A DNA stretch of 64,000 bases from an uncultured Candidatus Saccharibacteria bacterium (GTDB lineage Bacteria > Patescibacteriota > Minisyncoccia > Phycocordibacterales > UBA9973). Each line of letters starts with the position of its first letter. Position 1 is the first letter of the stretch. Shown here piece by piece: positions 52,606-60,343 of the stretch. The translations under genes and the position numbers were made by a program. The notes beneath the pieces were generated by a model that worked only from the letters and a program-made list of their open reading frames with translations, did not search any database and was not told where the DNA came from. The stretch is taken from assembly GCA_964602465.1 (NCBI GenBank), contig CAZRQQ010000001.1:253-64252 (forward strand), written 5' to 3'.

Positions 52606-53058
52606 TTACACAAACAATCGTGCAACGATAAGGACGAGTCCGATCGTGACTGCATATGAGAGTGCGTCGCTAAAGAATTTCTTCCATGCAATGTCGCGAG
52701 GAGTGTTGCCCCAGAGGATGCCTGAGCCGATGACGGGTACCATGAGCGCAATCCAGACAAAGAACGCTTCTCCTACAACCATGCCAAATGTTTGACCATT
52801 GCGCATGCCTACTACCGTAATGAAGCCGACAAAAAATGAAATCATTACTGACATGATGAACTGCATGAGGTAGCTCTTCCACATCTTGGGCTTCATTTCC
52901 TCAATCAGGCGTTTCTGTTCGTCAGGAGAGATCTTGTCAAAGCCGATAGCCTTCATGTGAAGTCTTCCCATCGGTGTACCTGGTGAGTACCAGATGCTCC
53001 CTACTACAAGCGCTACTATTGCTCCAATAACCGCGATCAAAATAATTGTTCCAATCAT
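52606..53058 (-). CDS. DUF1761-like membrane protein
   Basis: Start trimmed to MIGTIILIAVIGAIVALVVGSIWYSPG, with TATACT 8 nt upstream. Confidence 0.5.
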   Translation of the reverse strand: MIGTIILIAVIGAIVALVVGSIWYSPGTPMGRLHMKAIGFDKISPDEQKRLIEEMKPKMWKSYLMQFIMSVMISFFVGFITVVGMRNGQTFGMVVGEAFFVWIALMVPVIGSGILWGNTPRDIAWKKFFSDALSYAVTIGLVLIVARLFV

Positions 53059-53077
53059 AGATCTGTAGTATATCCTA

Positions 53078-53839
53078 TTAGTTTGCTCGTTCCCAGAGTC
53101 GTTTGAATACCGCACGAAGATTGCTCGCCATGACGGTATCGTGTATTTCGATAAGGTAATGCGGATGTTGTTGGGTCATTATCATAAGAATGTAATCGCC
53201 AATTACAACATGGGTTGCAGTGAATTCTTCATCTGTTATATATCGGACCTCTTGTCTATCAACATATTTTTTCTTTAAATTCTTTTCAACCTGCTTTTCA
53301 TTGGTCAAAATCTTTAATGTTGTTTTTCCTGAATATTGAGAAAAGAAATAGTGTGGCCATTCGGGGTACTCTTCAACGAGACTTGCATCCTGGAATCCCC
53401 ACCAGGTACCATCTTGCTGCTCGCCGCTCCGAAGCCACTTTGCCGATTCGTTGATAAGAAAGTCTTTGAGGCGCAATTCATCAATGAAACGAATTTTGGG
53501 CACTGAGTATTTGCCGGTTGAAGGGATACTGCGAAGCTCCTGCTCAATTGTCGTGTACAGCTGTTTCCGTTCTTTCAATTCTTGTTCTTGTTTTGCAATG
53601 ATGTGTGAAAATTCGTCGAAACTTGCGGGGGAATAATAGCGGACGATACCTCCCCCAAGATCTTCGATGACAAATTTCTTTTTTATAAGTTCACGGAGTA
53701 CGGTATAGACAGTTGCGCGATTAATGCCAGTTGCAGAGGCGATGCGTGCCCCCTGTATTTTTTTATTTTGATACACACAAAGGAATATAGCTGTCTCGTT
53801 TTCAGTCAATCCCGCCTTTTGTAAAAGCTCTTGAATCAT
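53078..53839 (-). CDS. TrmB-family transcriptional regulator
   Basis: MIQELLQKAGLTENETAIFLCVY...ARIASATGINRATVYTVLRELIKKKFV. TATACT lies 7 nt before the ATG. Confidence 0.75.
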   Translation of the reverse strand: MIQELLQKAGLTENETAIFLCVYQNKKIQGARIASATGINRATVYTVLRELIKKKFVIEDLGGGIVRYYSPASFDEFSHIIAKQEQELKERKQLYTTIEQELRSIPSTGKYSVPKIRFIDELRLKDFLINESAKWLRSGEQQDGTWWGFQDASLVEEYPEWPHYFFSQYSGKTTLKILTNEKQVEKNLKKKYVDRQEVRYITDEEFTATHVVIGDYILMIMTQQHPHYLIEIHDTVMASNLRAVFKRLWERAN

Positions 53840-53975
53840 GTGGCAAAGTATACCATTGTTGTTTGAGATATACAAACAATATTTTATCCTCATTTATCAA
53901 TACTTTTAAGGTAAATCAATCGGTTTTTGTTTGACATACCAAATAGTAAAAGTATGATAAAGAAAAAAGTTACCA

Positions 53976-54614
53976 ATGAAAAAAGTACTTGCAATTCAGC
54001 TTCCTGCACCCTGCGGGTTTGCTTGTCCGAACTGTCGATTCAAAAATCACAATGATGGGGATCCTGATAAGCTTTTTTTAACACTAGAACGAAAGATAGT
54101 GAGTGAGCACTATGATGAGGTATACATTACTAGTAATGGTGAAACAGGAAGATCGGTCATTTTCAATAAAACTATATCTTTATTGAAGAGCTATAAGATA
54201 CCGATTTCTGTACTATGCGCTTCACAAGTATCAATTGTTCCAGGACTAAAAAGAGTAGAAATCAGCATTCATCACAGTATTCTGACAGTAGAAGAAGCGA
54301 TAGTGAAGGCAAAAAGCTTCGATATTCCTATCATTCTTTCAGTTATAGATGATGAATTATCACCTATAGACTGCAAATCACTTGTAGATCGGTTTGGTGT
54401 AGAAGGAATACTTGTTAGGGCACTGCAAAATGAAGGGCGATCAATCAAATCAGCCGGGAAGAGCGAATACTACGTTGCAGAAACATGCAGCCGCGATATC
54501 GGTGTATTCCCTGTTGTTGCCTACAAGGAGCTTCTAGAGTTTGGAAGATCTGTGGAATGTCTTGATGAATATGGAAACAACGTCAAATTACTCGGGTCTC
54601 CTGCAGCTGCGTAA
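53976..54614 (+). CDS. Small radical-SAM-like protein (212 aa)
   Basis: CGFACPNC is a CX3CX2C motif at residues 13-20. ITSNGETG is a GGEP-like segment. Confidence 0.5.
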   Translation: MKKVLAIQLPAPCGFACPNCRFKNHNDGDPDKLFLTLERKIVSEHYDEVYITSNGETGRSVIFNKTISLLKSYKIPISVLCASQVSIVPGLKRVEISIHHSILTVEEAIVKAKSFDIPIILSVIDDELSPIDCKSLVDRFGVEGILVRALQNEGRSIKSAGKSEYYVAETCSRDIGVFPVVAYKELLEFGRSVECLDEYGNNVKLLGSPAAA

Positions 54615-54620
54615 AAATTC

Positions 54621-54649
54621 AAAACCGACCAATGATGGCCGGTTTTTTT
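54621..54649. terminator. Bidirectional terminator, AAAACCGACC family
   Basis: aaaaccgacc-aatgat-ggccggttttttt. Near-identical to 52551..52580. Confidence 0.7.
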
Positions 54650-54737
54650 ATTTCTTCTTTACTCCATGTTTCACGTGTAACCCCATTAGAAAGCAGCACC
54701 CGCTTCCGCATGTCTGCTTCTAACTGGGCAGGCTTCC

Positions 54738-56237
54738 CTACTTCACGTTATGTTTGCCTCGAAGTTTTGAGATTTCTTCTTGATCGAGCTCTTCTTTCTT
54801 TTCCTTCCCTTTCTCTCCCAACACCTTAAGGTCTTTGTCTTCGAGCTCATCGAGATCTTTGACTCGTTCAGAGAGTGTTTCGACGGTATTGAGTGTTGGA
54901 TCTTCAAGTACTTCTTCGAGGAGTGCATGCAAAATCCATCCCATGCGGGGACCTGGTTTCATGTGTAACACCTCCATGAGGTAAGAACCATCAATTTTGA
55001 GTTGCCCTACTGAGATTGGGTCACGAAGTGCCTCTTCGATCATGGCATGGTACTTACGGAGGCGGTATGGAGCTTCGGCCTTCTTCATCCCTACTCGGTC
55101 GCACTCACGGACCTCCATGAGCTCCCAGATATGCTCTGGTTTCACCTTTTGGATGATACGGCGCACGGCAGAGAGAGTGATCTGCTCGGTATCACTAAAG
55201 AACATGTGGTTTCGGACGAGTGAAACTACTAGATCAATAGTTTCACGTGAAAATCTGAGACGTTCAAGGATCTTTTTAGTCATTCGCGCCCCTACTACTT
55301 CGTGTCCAAAGAAGGTGTATTTATCCTTTGTACGGTCATAGCGACGGGTTGCAGGTTTGCCGATATCATGAAACAGGGCTGTAAGGCGGATTTCAGTACT
55401 AAACTTTTTGTCTGCGGCATGCTGAAGAGCATGAAGAAGGTGTTGGTAGACGTCGTAGATGTGAGCACCCTTTTGGTCGCAGCCGATTCCCTCTTCAAGC
55501 TCTGGGATGATGTACTCAAGCAAGCCAGTTTTTTGAAGAAGATCTATACCTGTTGCAGGGGTATCAGAATCGATAATTTTGATGAATTCGTCGCGGATAC
55601 GTTCACCTGAGATGTGCTTTAACAGTTCGGCGTTCTGTGAAATAGCCTCAAAAGTTTCATGTGTAACGGCAAACGAGAGGGTTGTGGAAAACCGGATAGC
55701 TCGGAGCATGCGCAAGGCATCCTCTTGGAACCGTACCTCTGGATAAAGGACACATCTGATATTTTTGTCCTTTATGTCCTTTATACCTCCAAATACATCG
55801 ATAATGCTGTCCTTTAGCGGATCCCAGGCAATGGCGTTCATCGTGAAGTCGCGACGCTCGAGGTCTTTGTGGATATCTGTTTCGTATGAAACATGCTCAG
55901 GATGGCGATTGTCGCTATACCCTCCTTCTGATCGATAGGTAGTCACTTGGACTTGATTATCAAGATCGGGTGTTTCCCGTGAAACTCCCCCATCTGCCTC
56001 TGGGGCCATATTGAGTACCGTGACGGTCCCAAAAGTGTTTTCATTCACCGTTTTAATATCTGGAAATGCTTCCATCACTTGCTCTGGTCGAGCATTTGTC
56101 GTGATATCCCAGTCTTTTGGGGTTTTATCCATTAGAAGGTCTCGTACACAGCCGCCGACCAGATACGCCTCAAAACCCGCTTCTTGCAGGGTTTGCGTTA
56201 CACGTGTAACAAATGGAGGGATTTTTGAGGCATCCAT
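54738..56237 (-). CDS. cca: CCA-adding tRNA nucleotidyltransferase with an HD domain
   Basis: GGCVRDLLMDKTPKDWDITT, RDFTMNA, and HD region LFHDIGK. TAGTAT lies 6 nt before the ATG. Confidence 0.85.
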   Translation of the reverse strand: MDASKIPPFVTRVTQTLQEAGFEAYLVGGCVRDLLMDKTPKDWDITTNARPEQVMEAFPDIKTVNENTFGTVTVLNMAPEADGGVSRETPDLDNQVQVTTYRSEGGYSDNRHPEHVSYETDIHKDLERRDFTMNAIAWDPLKDSIIDVFGGIKDIKDKNIRCVLYPEVRFQEDALRMLRAIRFSTTLSFAVTHETFEAISQNAELLKHISGERIRDEFIKIIDSDTPATGIDLLQKTGLLEYIIPELEEGIGCDQKGAHIYDVYQHLLHALQHAADKKFSTEIRLTALFHDIGKPATRRYDRTKDKYTFFGHEVVGARMTKKILERLRFSRETIDLVVSLVRNHMFFSDTEQITLSAVRRIIQKVKPEHIWELMEVRECDRVGMKKAEAPYRLRKYHAMIEEALRDPISVGQLKIDGSYLMEVLHMKPGPRMGWILHALLEEVLEDPTLNTVETLSERVKDLDELEDKDLKVLGEKGKEKKEELDQEEISKLRGKHNVK

Positions 56238-56287
56238 ACGCGAATACTAGCATTAATTTGAAAAACATCATACTATTGTTACATAAC

Positions 56288-56959
56288 ATGAATTCTAATG
56301 TTCAAAATAAAATTAAGGCAATAGCCCTTAGAATGCAAGGGTTTTCATATGCTGACATTATGAAAGAAATACCGGTTCCTAAGGGAACACTTTCAGGGTG
56401 GCTCAAACACATAACACTCACCAATGACCAACAGGAGAAGCTGTATAGCAATATACAGGCAAAACAGGGACTTGCTCGAGCAAGAGCAGCTGCCTCAAAT
56501 ACCAAAAGAAGGGAAATACGGGAAAGTGCTATACGAGAAAAAGCGGTAGGAAAATTTCAAGAATACAGCACAAATAGAGATTTCTTAATTGGACTTACAT
56601 TGTATTGGGCTGAAGGGACCAAAAAAGATGTTACTTGGAGTTTTATCAATTCTGATCCTAAAATGGTGCGGTTTATGCACATTTGGATGAGAAAGTACCT
56701 AGGGGTTAGTAAAGAGCAGATTCGGGTGCGACTTTTTATTCACGAACCTTACAAAGAGGAGAAACTCGAACTTTTTTGGGCAGATCTATTAGAGATACCA
56801 GTAGAAACCATGCAAAAGACGATATACAAGCCAACTTCTCATACGGTGAAGAAAAATCCAGAGTATAAAGGGTGTGTCCGTATGTATGTAACTGGTATTG
56901 AGCATCTAAAAACAACAGTGTATTGGAAAGATGCCCTAGTAAATAGCATCAATATGTAG
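56288..56959 (+). CDS. HTH protein with a possible LAGLIDADG-like homing-endonuclease domain
   Basis: N-terminal HTH (GFSYADIMKEIPVPKGTLSGWLK). FLIGLTLYWAEGTK resembles a single LAGLIDADG motif. Start trimmed to MNSNVQNK. Confidence 0.45.
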   Translation: MNSNVQNKIKAIALRMQGFSYADIMKEIPVPKGTLSGWLKHITLTNDQQEKLYSNIQAKQGLARARAAASNTKRREIRESAIREKAVGKFQEYSTNRDFLIGLTLYWAEGTKKDVTWSFINSDPKMVRFMHIWMRKYLGVSKEQIRVRLFIHEPYKEEKLELFWADLLEIPVETMQKTIYKPTSHTVKKNPEYKGCVRMYVTGIEHLKTTVYWKDALVNSINM

Positions 56960-56975
56960 TATAACTATCCGTACT

Positions 56976-57047
56976 GCACCTGTGGTGAAATGGATATCAT
57001 TATTGACTTCGGATCAATCGTTGTGGGTTCGAGTCCTGCCAGGTGCA
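56976..57047 (+). tRNA. tRNA-Arg (anticodon UCG)
   Basis: Hand-folded cloverleaf: acceptor GCACCTG/CAGGTGC, anticodon arm ATTGA-CTTCGGA-TCAAT, T loop TTCGAGT. No encoded CCA. Confidence 0.85.
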
Positions 57048-57089
57048 CACTGGAAAACATGTACAGTTTATGTATAATGCTTTCCACAT

Positions 57090-57160
57090 GCGGTTATGGT
57101 TTAGTGGTAGAATGCGTCCTTGCCAAGGACGAGACCAGGGTTCGATTCCCTGTAGCCGCA
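57090..57160 (+). tRNA. tRNA-Gly (anticodon GCC)
   Basis: Acceptor GCGGTTA/TAGCCGC, anticodon arm CGTCC-TTGCCAA-GGACG, T arm CAGGG-TTCGATT-CCCTG. TATAAT promoter at 57073..57078. No CCA. Confidence 0.9.
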
Positions 57161-57173
57161 CTAAAAAGGATTA

Positions 57174-57203
57174 GCAAAAAGACCCAGATAAGGGTCTTTT
57201 TGC
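57174..57203 (+). terminator. Intrinsic terminator after the tRNA-Arg/Gly pair
   Basis: 12-bp stem gcaaaaagaccc-agataa-gggtctttttgc. Confidence 0.75.
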
Positions 57204-57243
57204 TTGTCTGGTGTATAGACCATTAGACAAAACCTGTCGAATA

Positions 57244-57304
57244 TGGGGATAAAACTGTTATTTTCTAACGAAACTGTGGATAACTAGGGGTACAAGTGGG
57301 ATAA
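57244..57304 (+). promoter_or_regulatory. Three same-orientation GGATAA motifs, including one perfect DnaA box
   Basis: TGGGGATAA 57244..57252, TGTGGATAA 57275..57283 (perfect), GTGGGATAA 57296..57304. Confidence 0.35.
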
Positions 57305-57331
57305 CGGACGACTTTTATATACACTGTCTGT

Positions 57332-57694
57332 ATGATCAGGACTTTTACCTCGCCTACACAAGCCCTTGGAGAAAAAGGGGAAGAAGCAGCTGTTTCTTGG
57401 CTCAAAAAGGAAGGATTTCGGATCGTTGAGCGAAACGTGGCAGGGAAGTATGGTGAGATCGATATCGTGGCCAAAAAGGGGAAAGTTCACTATTTCTTTG
57501 AGGTAAAGGCAGGAAAGGCGGGAAGCTGGTTCAATCCGGCCGAGAACCTTACGCCAGCAAAGCTCAGCAAATTCCTCATATCAGTCGAACATTATGTACT
57601 CACGCATAAGATCGGGGAGTACCGAGCCCAGGGTATTATTGTGTATTTGAGCGATACCAAAGAGACAAAAGTGGAGCTCATCGAGCTTTCGTAG
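57332..57694 (+). CDS. yraN: YraN-family (UPF0102) endonuclease-like protein
   Basis: GEKGEEAAVSWLKKEGFRIVERNVAGKYGEIDIVAKKG..HYFFEVK. Confidence 0.85.
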   Translation: MIRTFTSPTQALGEKGEEAAVSWLKKEGFRIVERNVAGKYGEIDIVAKKGKVHYFFEVKAGKAGSWFNPAENLTPAKLSKFLISVEHYVLTHKIGEYRAQGIIVYLSDTKETKVELIELS

Positions 57695-57765
57695 TGCGGG
57701 ATAGGGGAATCGGACTCCTGCTCTCAGTTTGGAAAACTGATGTTCTACCATTAAACTAATCCCGC
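57695..57765 (-). tRNA. tRNA-Gly (anticodon UCC) with an atypical T arm
   Basis: Acceptor GCGGGAT/ATCCCGC, anticodon arm TCAGT-TTTCCAA-ACTGA. T arm AGGAG-TCCGATT-CCCCT has an A-C mismatch and C at the universally U (Psi55) position. Abuts the yraN stop. Confidence 0.7.
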
Positions 57766-57791
57766 AGTTATTTCATTGTACCAAATTTCTA

Positions 57792-57919
57792 CAGGGAATT
57801 GCCCGCGACTCAAAAACTCGCCAGTCGCTCGTTTTTGGTCTGGGCACCGCCTCGCGGTCTCGCCTGCTGGCTCGACATCGCTCCGGCGTTCAATTCCCTT
57901 TGCAAAGCCTTGCTTTGCA
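57792..57919. repeat. GC-rich structured element closed by inverted tRNA-T-arm-like arms, plus an adjacent 8-bp hairpin
   Basis: agggaattg (57793..57801) pairs with caattccct (57891..57899). cagggaattg is identical to 57931..57940 of tRNA-Pro. gttcaattccct (57888..57899) equals the tRNA-Pro T-loop read on the other strand. Hairpin tgcaaagc/gctttgca at 57901..57919. Confidence 0.7.
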
Positions 57920-57922
57920 TTG

Positions 57923-57993
57923 TCGGGGTGCAGGGAATTGAACCCTGCCCTCATGTTCCCAAAACATGTATACTACCGATATACTACACCCCG
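57923..57993 (-). tRNA. tRNA-Pro (anticodon UGG)
   Basis: Acceptor CGGGGTG/CACCCCG, anticodon arm CATGT-TTTGGGA-ACATG, T arm CAGGG-TTCAATT-CCCTG. No CCA. Confidence 0.9.
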
Positions 57994-58019
57994 CGGTGTT
58001 TCTCACTAAATTTGTAGAG

Positions 58020-58090
58020 TCGGGCTATTGGGAATCGAACCCAAGCCTTACCCACCCCATGGGCAAATACTACCACTGTACGATAGCCCG
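58020..58090 (-). tRNA. tRNA-Pro (anticodon GGG)
   Basis: Acceptor CGGGCTA/TAGCCCG, anticodon arm TGCCC-ATGGGGT-GGGTA, T arm TTGGG-TTCGATT-CCCAA. No CCA. Confidence 0.85.
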
Positions 58091-58226
58091 TGCGAGCTTT
58101 GCCATAGTAGCAGAAAAGTGCTTTTAAATAAAGCGGATTCATATGTACACTTTTTCAAAAATTTTCTCGCCGATCCACAGTAGTTGGATAGGTATTTCAT
58201 AGTGTAAGTGATAAAATATATGCATT

Positions 58227-60314
58227 ATGTTCCACATTCGTGCAGAGTTTTTGCGTACACACAAACGAACTGTTGCTGCGCTTGTGTTTGGTCTCGCATT
58301 CTCCGTCCTCACTGCATACGCCGTACCACCAGGTACTAAATACAACCCCGGGGATACGCTTGATCCAAACTGTGTACCAGGAACTTCAAACTGTACGGTG
58401 GATATAAGCGGGGGATCATCACCAATCACTGTTGAAAATACTGACTCACTGTTTTCAACAGGACTCACTGGTACAGGAGAAAACTCTATTGCAACCAAGG
58501 CAATCTTTTTAGGGCTCAATGCAGGAAATGGAGCAATCAATGCAGACTTCTCGACCTTCCTCGGATATCAGGCGGGATATGGTGCAACTGATGCAAATCA
58601 ATCGTTTTTTAGTGGGTATGAAGCAGGGTACAATGCAGAAACAGCTGAATCATCAAATTTCTTTGGTCTTCGTGCAGGATATGGTGCAACAAGTGCAAAC
58701 AATGCAAACTTTTTGGGTGCCAGTGCTGGGTACGGCGCAACAGGCGCTGAACTCTCAAACTTTTTTGGGTCAAGTGCAGGATATGGTGCAACAAATGCAA
58801 GCAATTCCTTCTTTGCAGGTGCAAATGCAGGAAATAGCGCAACGCACGCATACCACTCCATATTTATCGGTGCTGATAGTGGACTGGAAGCAACCTATGC
58901 TACTCGCTCAAACTTTTTTGGACAGGAAGCAGGATACCAGGTCGGGACTAATAGTGATTGGGATGGTGACAATACCGGAACATATTTTGGTGCAAACTTC
59001 TTTGGGTATCGTGCGGGGTATCAAGCAGCAAATGCTGTAAATGCTAACTTCATTGGTACAAATGCTGGTAATGGTGCGGTTGATTCAGTTGGCGCAAACT
59101 TTATTGGTGAGGATGCTGGTTTTAATGCAGACAACGCATCGTTTTCAAACTTTATTGGTTCTGGAGCTGGTAGCGGCGCAACTGATGCTTCACTTTCAAA
59201 CTTTATCGGAAATAGTGCAGGTTTTAATGCAATAAATGCAGAAACTTCGAATTTTATTGGGGATCTTGCTGGGTATGATGCAACCAACTCGCGTAATTCA
59301 AATTTCATCGGCTTAGAAGCAGGAAATGGCACGGTTAATGCTGCAAACTCCATTTTTATAGGTACACGCGCTGGTTCTGATGCGTACCTTAATGAGAGTG
59401 CTCTTGATAATACTGCCTCCTATGATGAAATCTCCACCTTCGCCAATACGTCTATCCTCATTGGGCACCGTGCCTCAACCGGTGGTTTCTCCAACTCCAT
59501 TGCCATTGGTGCATACGCAACAAATACTGCAACCAATCAATTCATGGTCGGCTCCTCTACTCGTCGTATCAACAACCTCGTCTTTAATGGCGGCACGGGC
59601 AACACCTGTAGCGTAAACGCAGGTACTGGTATTAGCTGTTCATCTGATGAACGTTTGAAAACAAACATCATCGATCTCTCTAGTGTGCTCACCAAACTCG
59701 ATACAATCCGCACGGTTACGTATAACTGGAATTCAGATCCAAATGGTAAGACCATGATCGGCTTCCTTGCGCAAAATTTGCAAGCGCAATTTCCAGAACT
59801 CGTGACGCAAAACATCGACGGCATGCTCTCGGTAAACTATGCGCAAATCACCCCAGTGCTTGTGGAAGCAATAAGAGAAATCAATCACAACATTGTCGGC
59901 ATTGCAGATCTCGCACAAGAAAATAATTGGAGAACGAGCTTACTTGCCTGGTTCGCAGATAGAGCAAACGGCATCACTAAATTGTTTGCAGGTGAAATCG
60001 AAACCAAACACCTTTGTGTATCAGATGAAAGCGGTGCAAAGACGTGTCTTACCAAGTCCCAACTCGATGCGCTTTTGAACAATCAAGTAGGGCAGACAAT
60101 TATCATCAATAATTCATCCGTACCACAAGAGCCAGTACCTACTGATACAACTTCTGAACCTACAAACGATGAGATCGTCGAGTCAGAATCATCTCCACAA
60201 GAAGTTGTCCCGACAGAGGAGCCTGTGCTTTCAGAAGAACCAGTTTCAACTACCGAATCCTCAGTGCAAGATTCAGTATCAGAATCTGAACAATCAACAC
60301 CTATTGAGCAGTAA
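58227..60314 (+). CDS. Tail-fibre-like repeat protein with a C-terminal peptidase-S74 intramolecular chaperone domain
   Basis: Signal/TM N-terminus. About 20 degenerate repeats of type SNFFG..AGYGAT.A. C-terminal SSDERLKTNIIDLSSVLTKLDTIRTVTYNWN...IGFLAQNLQAQFPELV...VNYAQITPVLVEAIREIN matches the S74 autoproteolytic chaperone pattern. Confidence 0.75.
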   Translation: MFHIRAEFLRTHKRTVAALVFGLAFSVLTAYAVPPGTKYNPGDTLDPNCVPGTSNCTVDISGGSSPITVENTDSLFSTGLTGTGENSIATKAIFLGLNAGNGAINADFSTFLGYQAGYGATDANQSFFSGYEAGYNAETAESSNFFGLRAGYGATSANNANFLGASAGYGATGAELSNFFGSSAGYGATNASNSFFAGANAGNSATHAYHSIFIGADSGLEATYATRSNFFGQEAGYQVGTNSDWDGDNTGTYFGANFFGYRAGYQAANAVNANFIGTNAGNGAVDSVGANFIGEDAGFNADNASFSNFIGSGAGSGATDASLSNFIGNSAGFNAINAETSNFIGDLAGYDATNSRNSNFIGLEAGNGTVNAANSIFIGTRAGSDAYLNESALDNTASYDEISTFANTSILIGHRASTGGFSNSIAIGAYATNTATNQFMVGSSTRRINNLVFNGGTGNTCSVNAGTGISCSSDERLKTNIIDLSSVLTKLDTIRTVTYNWNSDPNGKTMIGFLAQNLQAQFPELVTQNIDGMLSVNYAQITPVLVEAIREINHNIVGIADLAQENNWRTSLLAWFADRANGITKLFAGEIETKHLCVSDESGAKTCLTKSQLDALLNNQVGQTIIINNSSVPQEPVPTDTTSEPTNDEIVESESSPQEVVPTEEPVLSEEPVSTTESSVQDSVSESEQSTPIEQ

Positions 60315-60343
60315 TTATGAAAATATATCGTATACTTACTGTA

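Noticed and set aside
57766-57922. A sixth tRNA gene: intron-containing, long-variable-arm, or selenocysteine tRNA.
   Set aside because: On neither strand could I build an acceptor stem, D arm or anticodon arm. Only T-arm-like fragments are present, and they are in inverted orientation.
56990-58017. ORF-track proteins 56990..57226, 57751..57954, 57776..58009 and 57799..58017.
   Set aside because: They overlap tRNA genes and the structured spacer. They have no coding signals.
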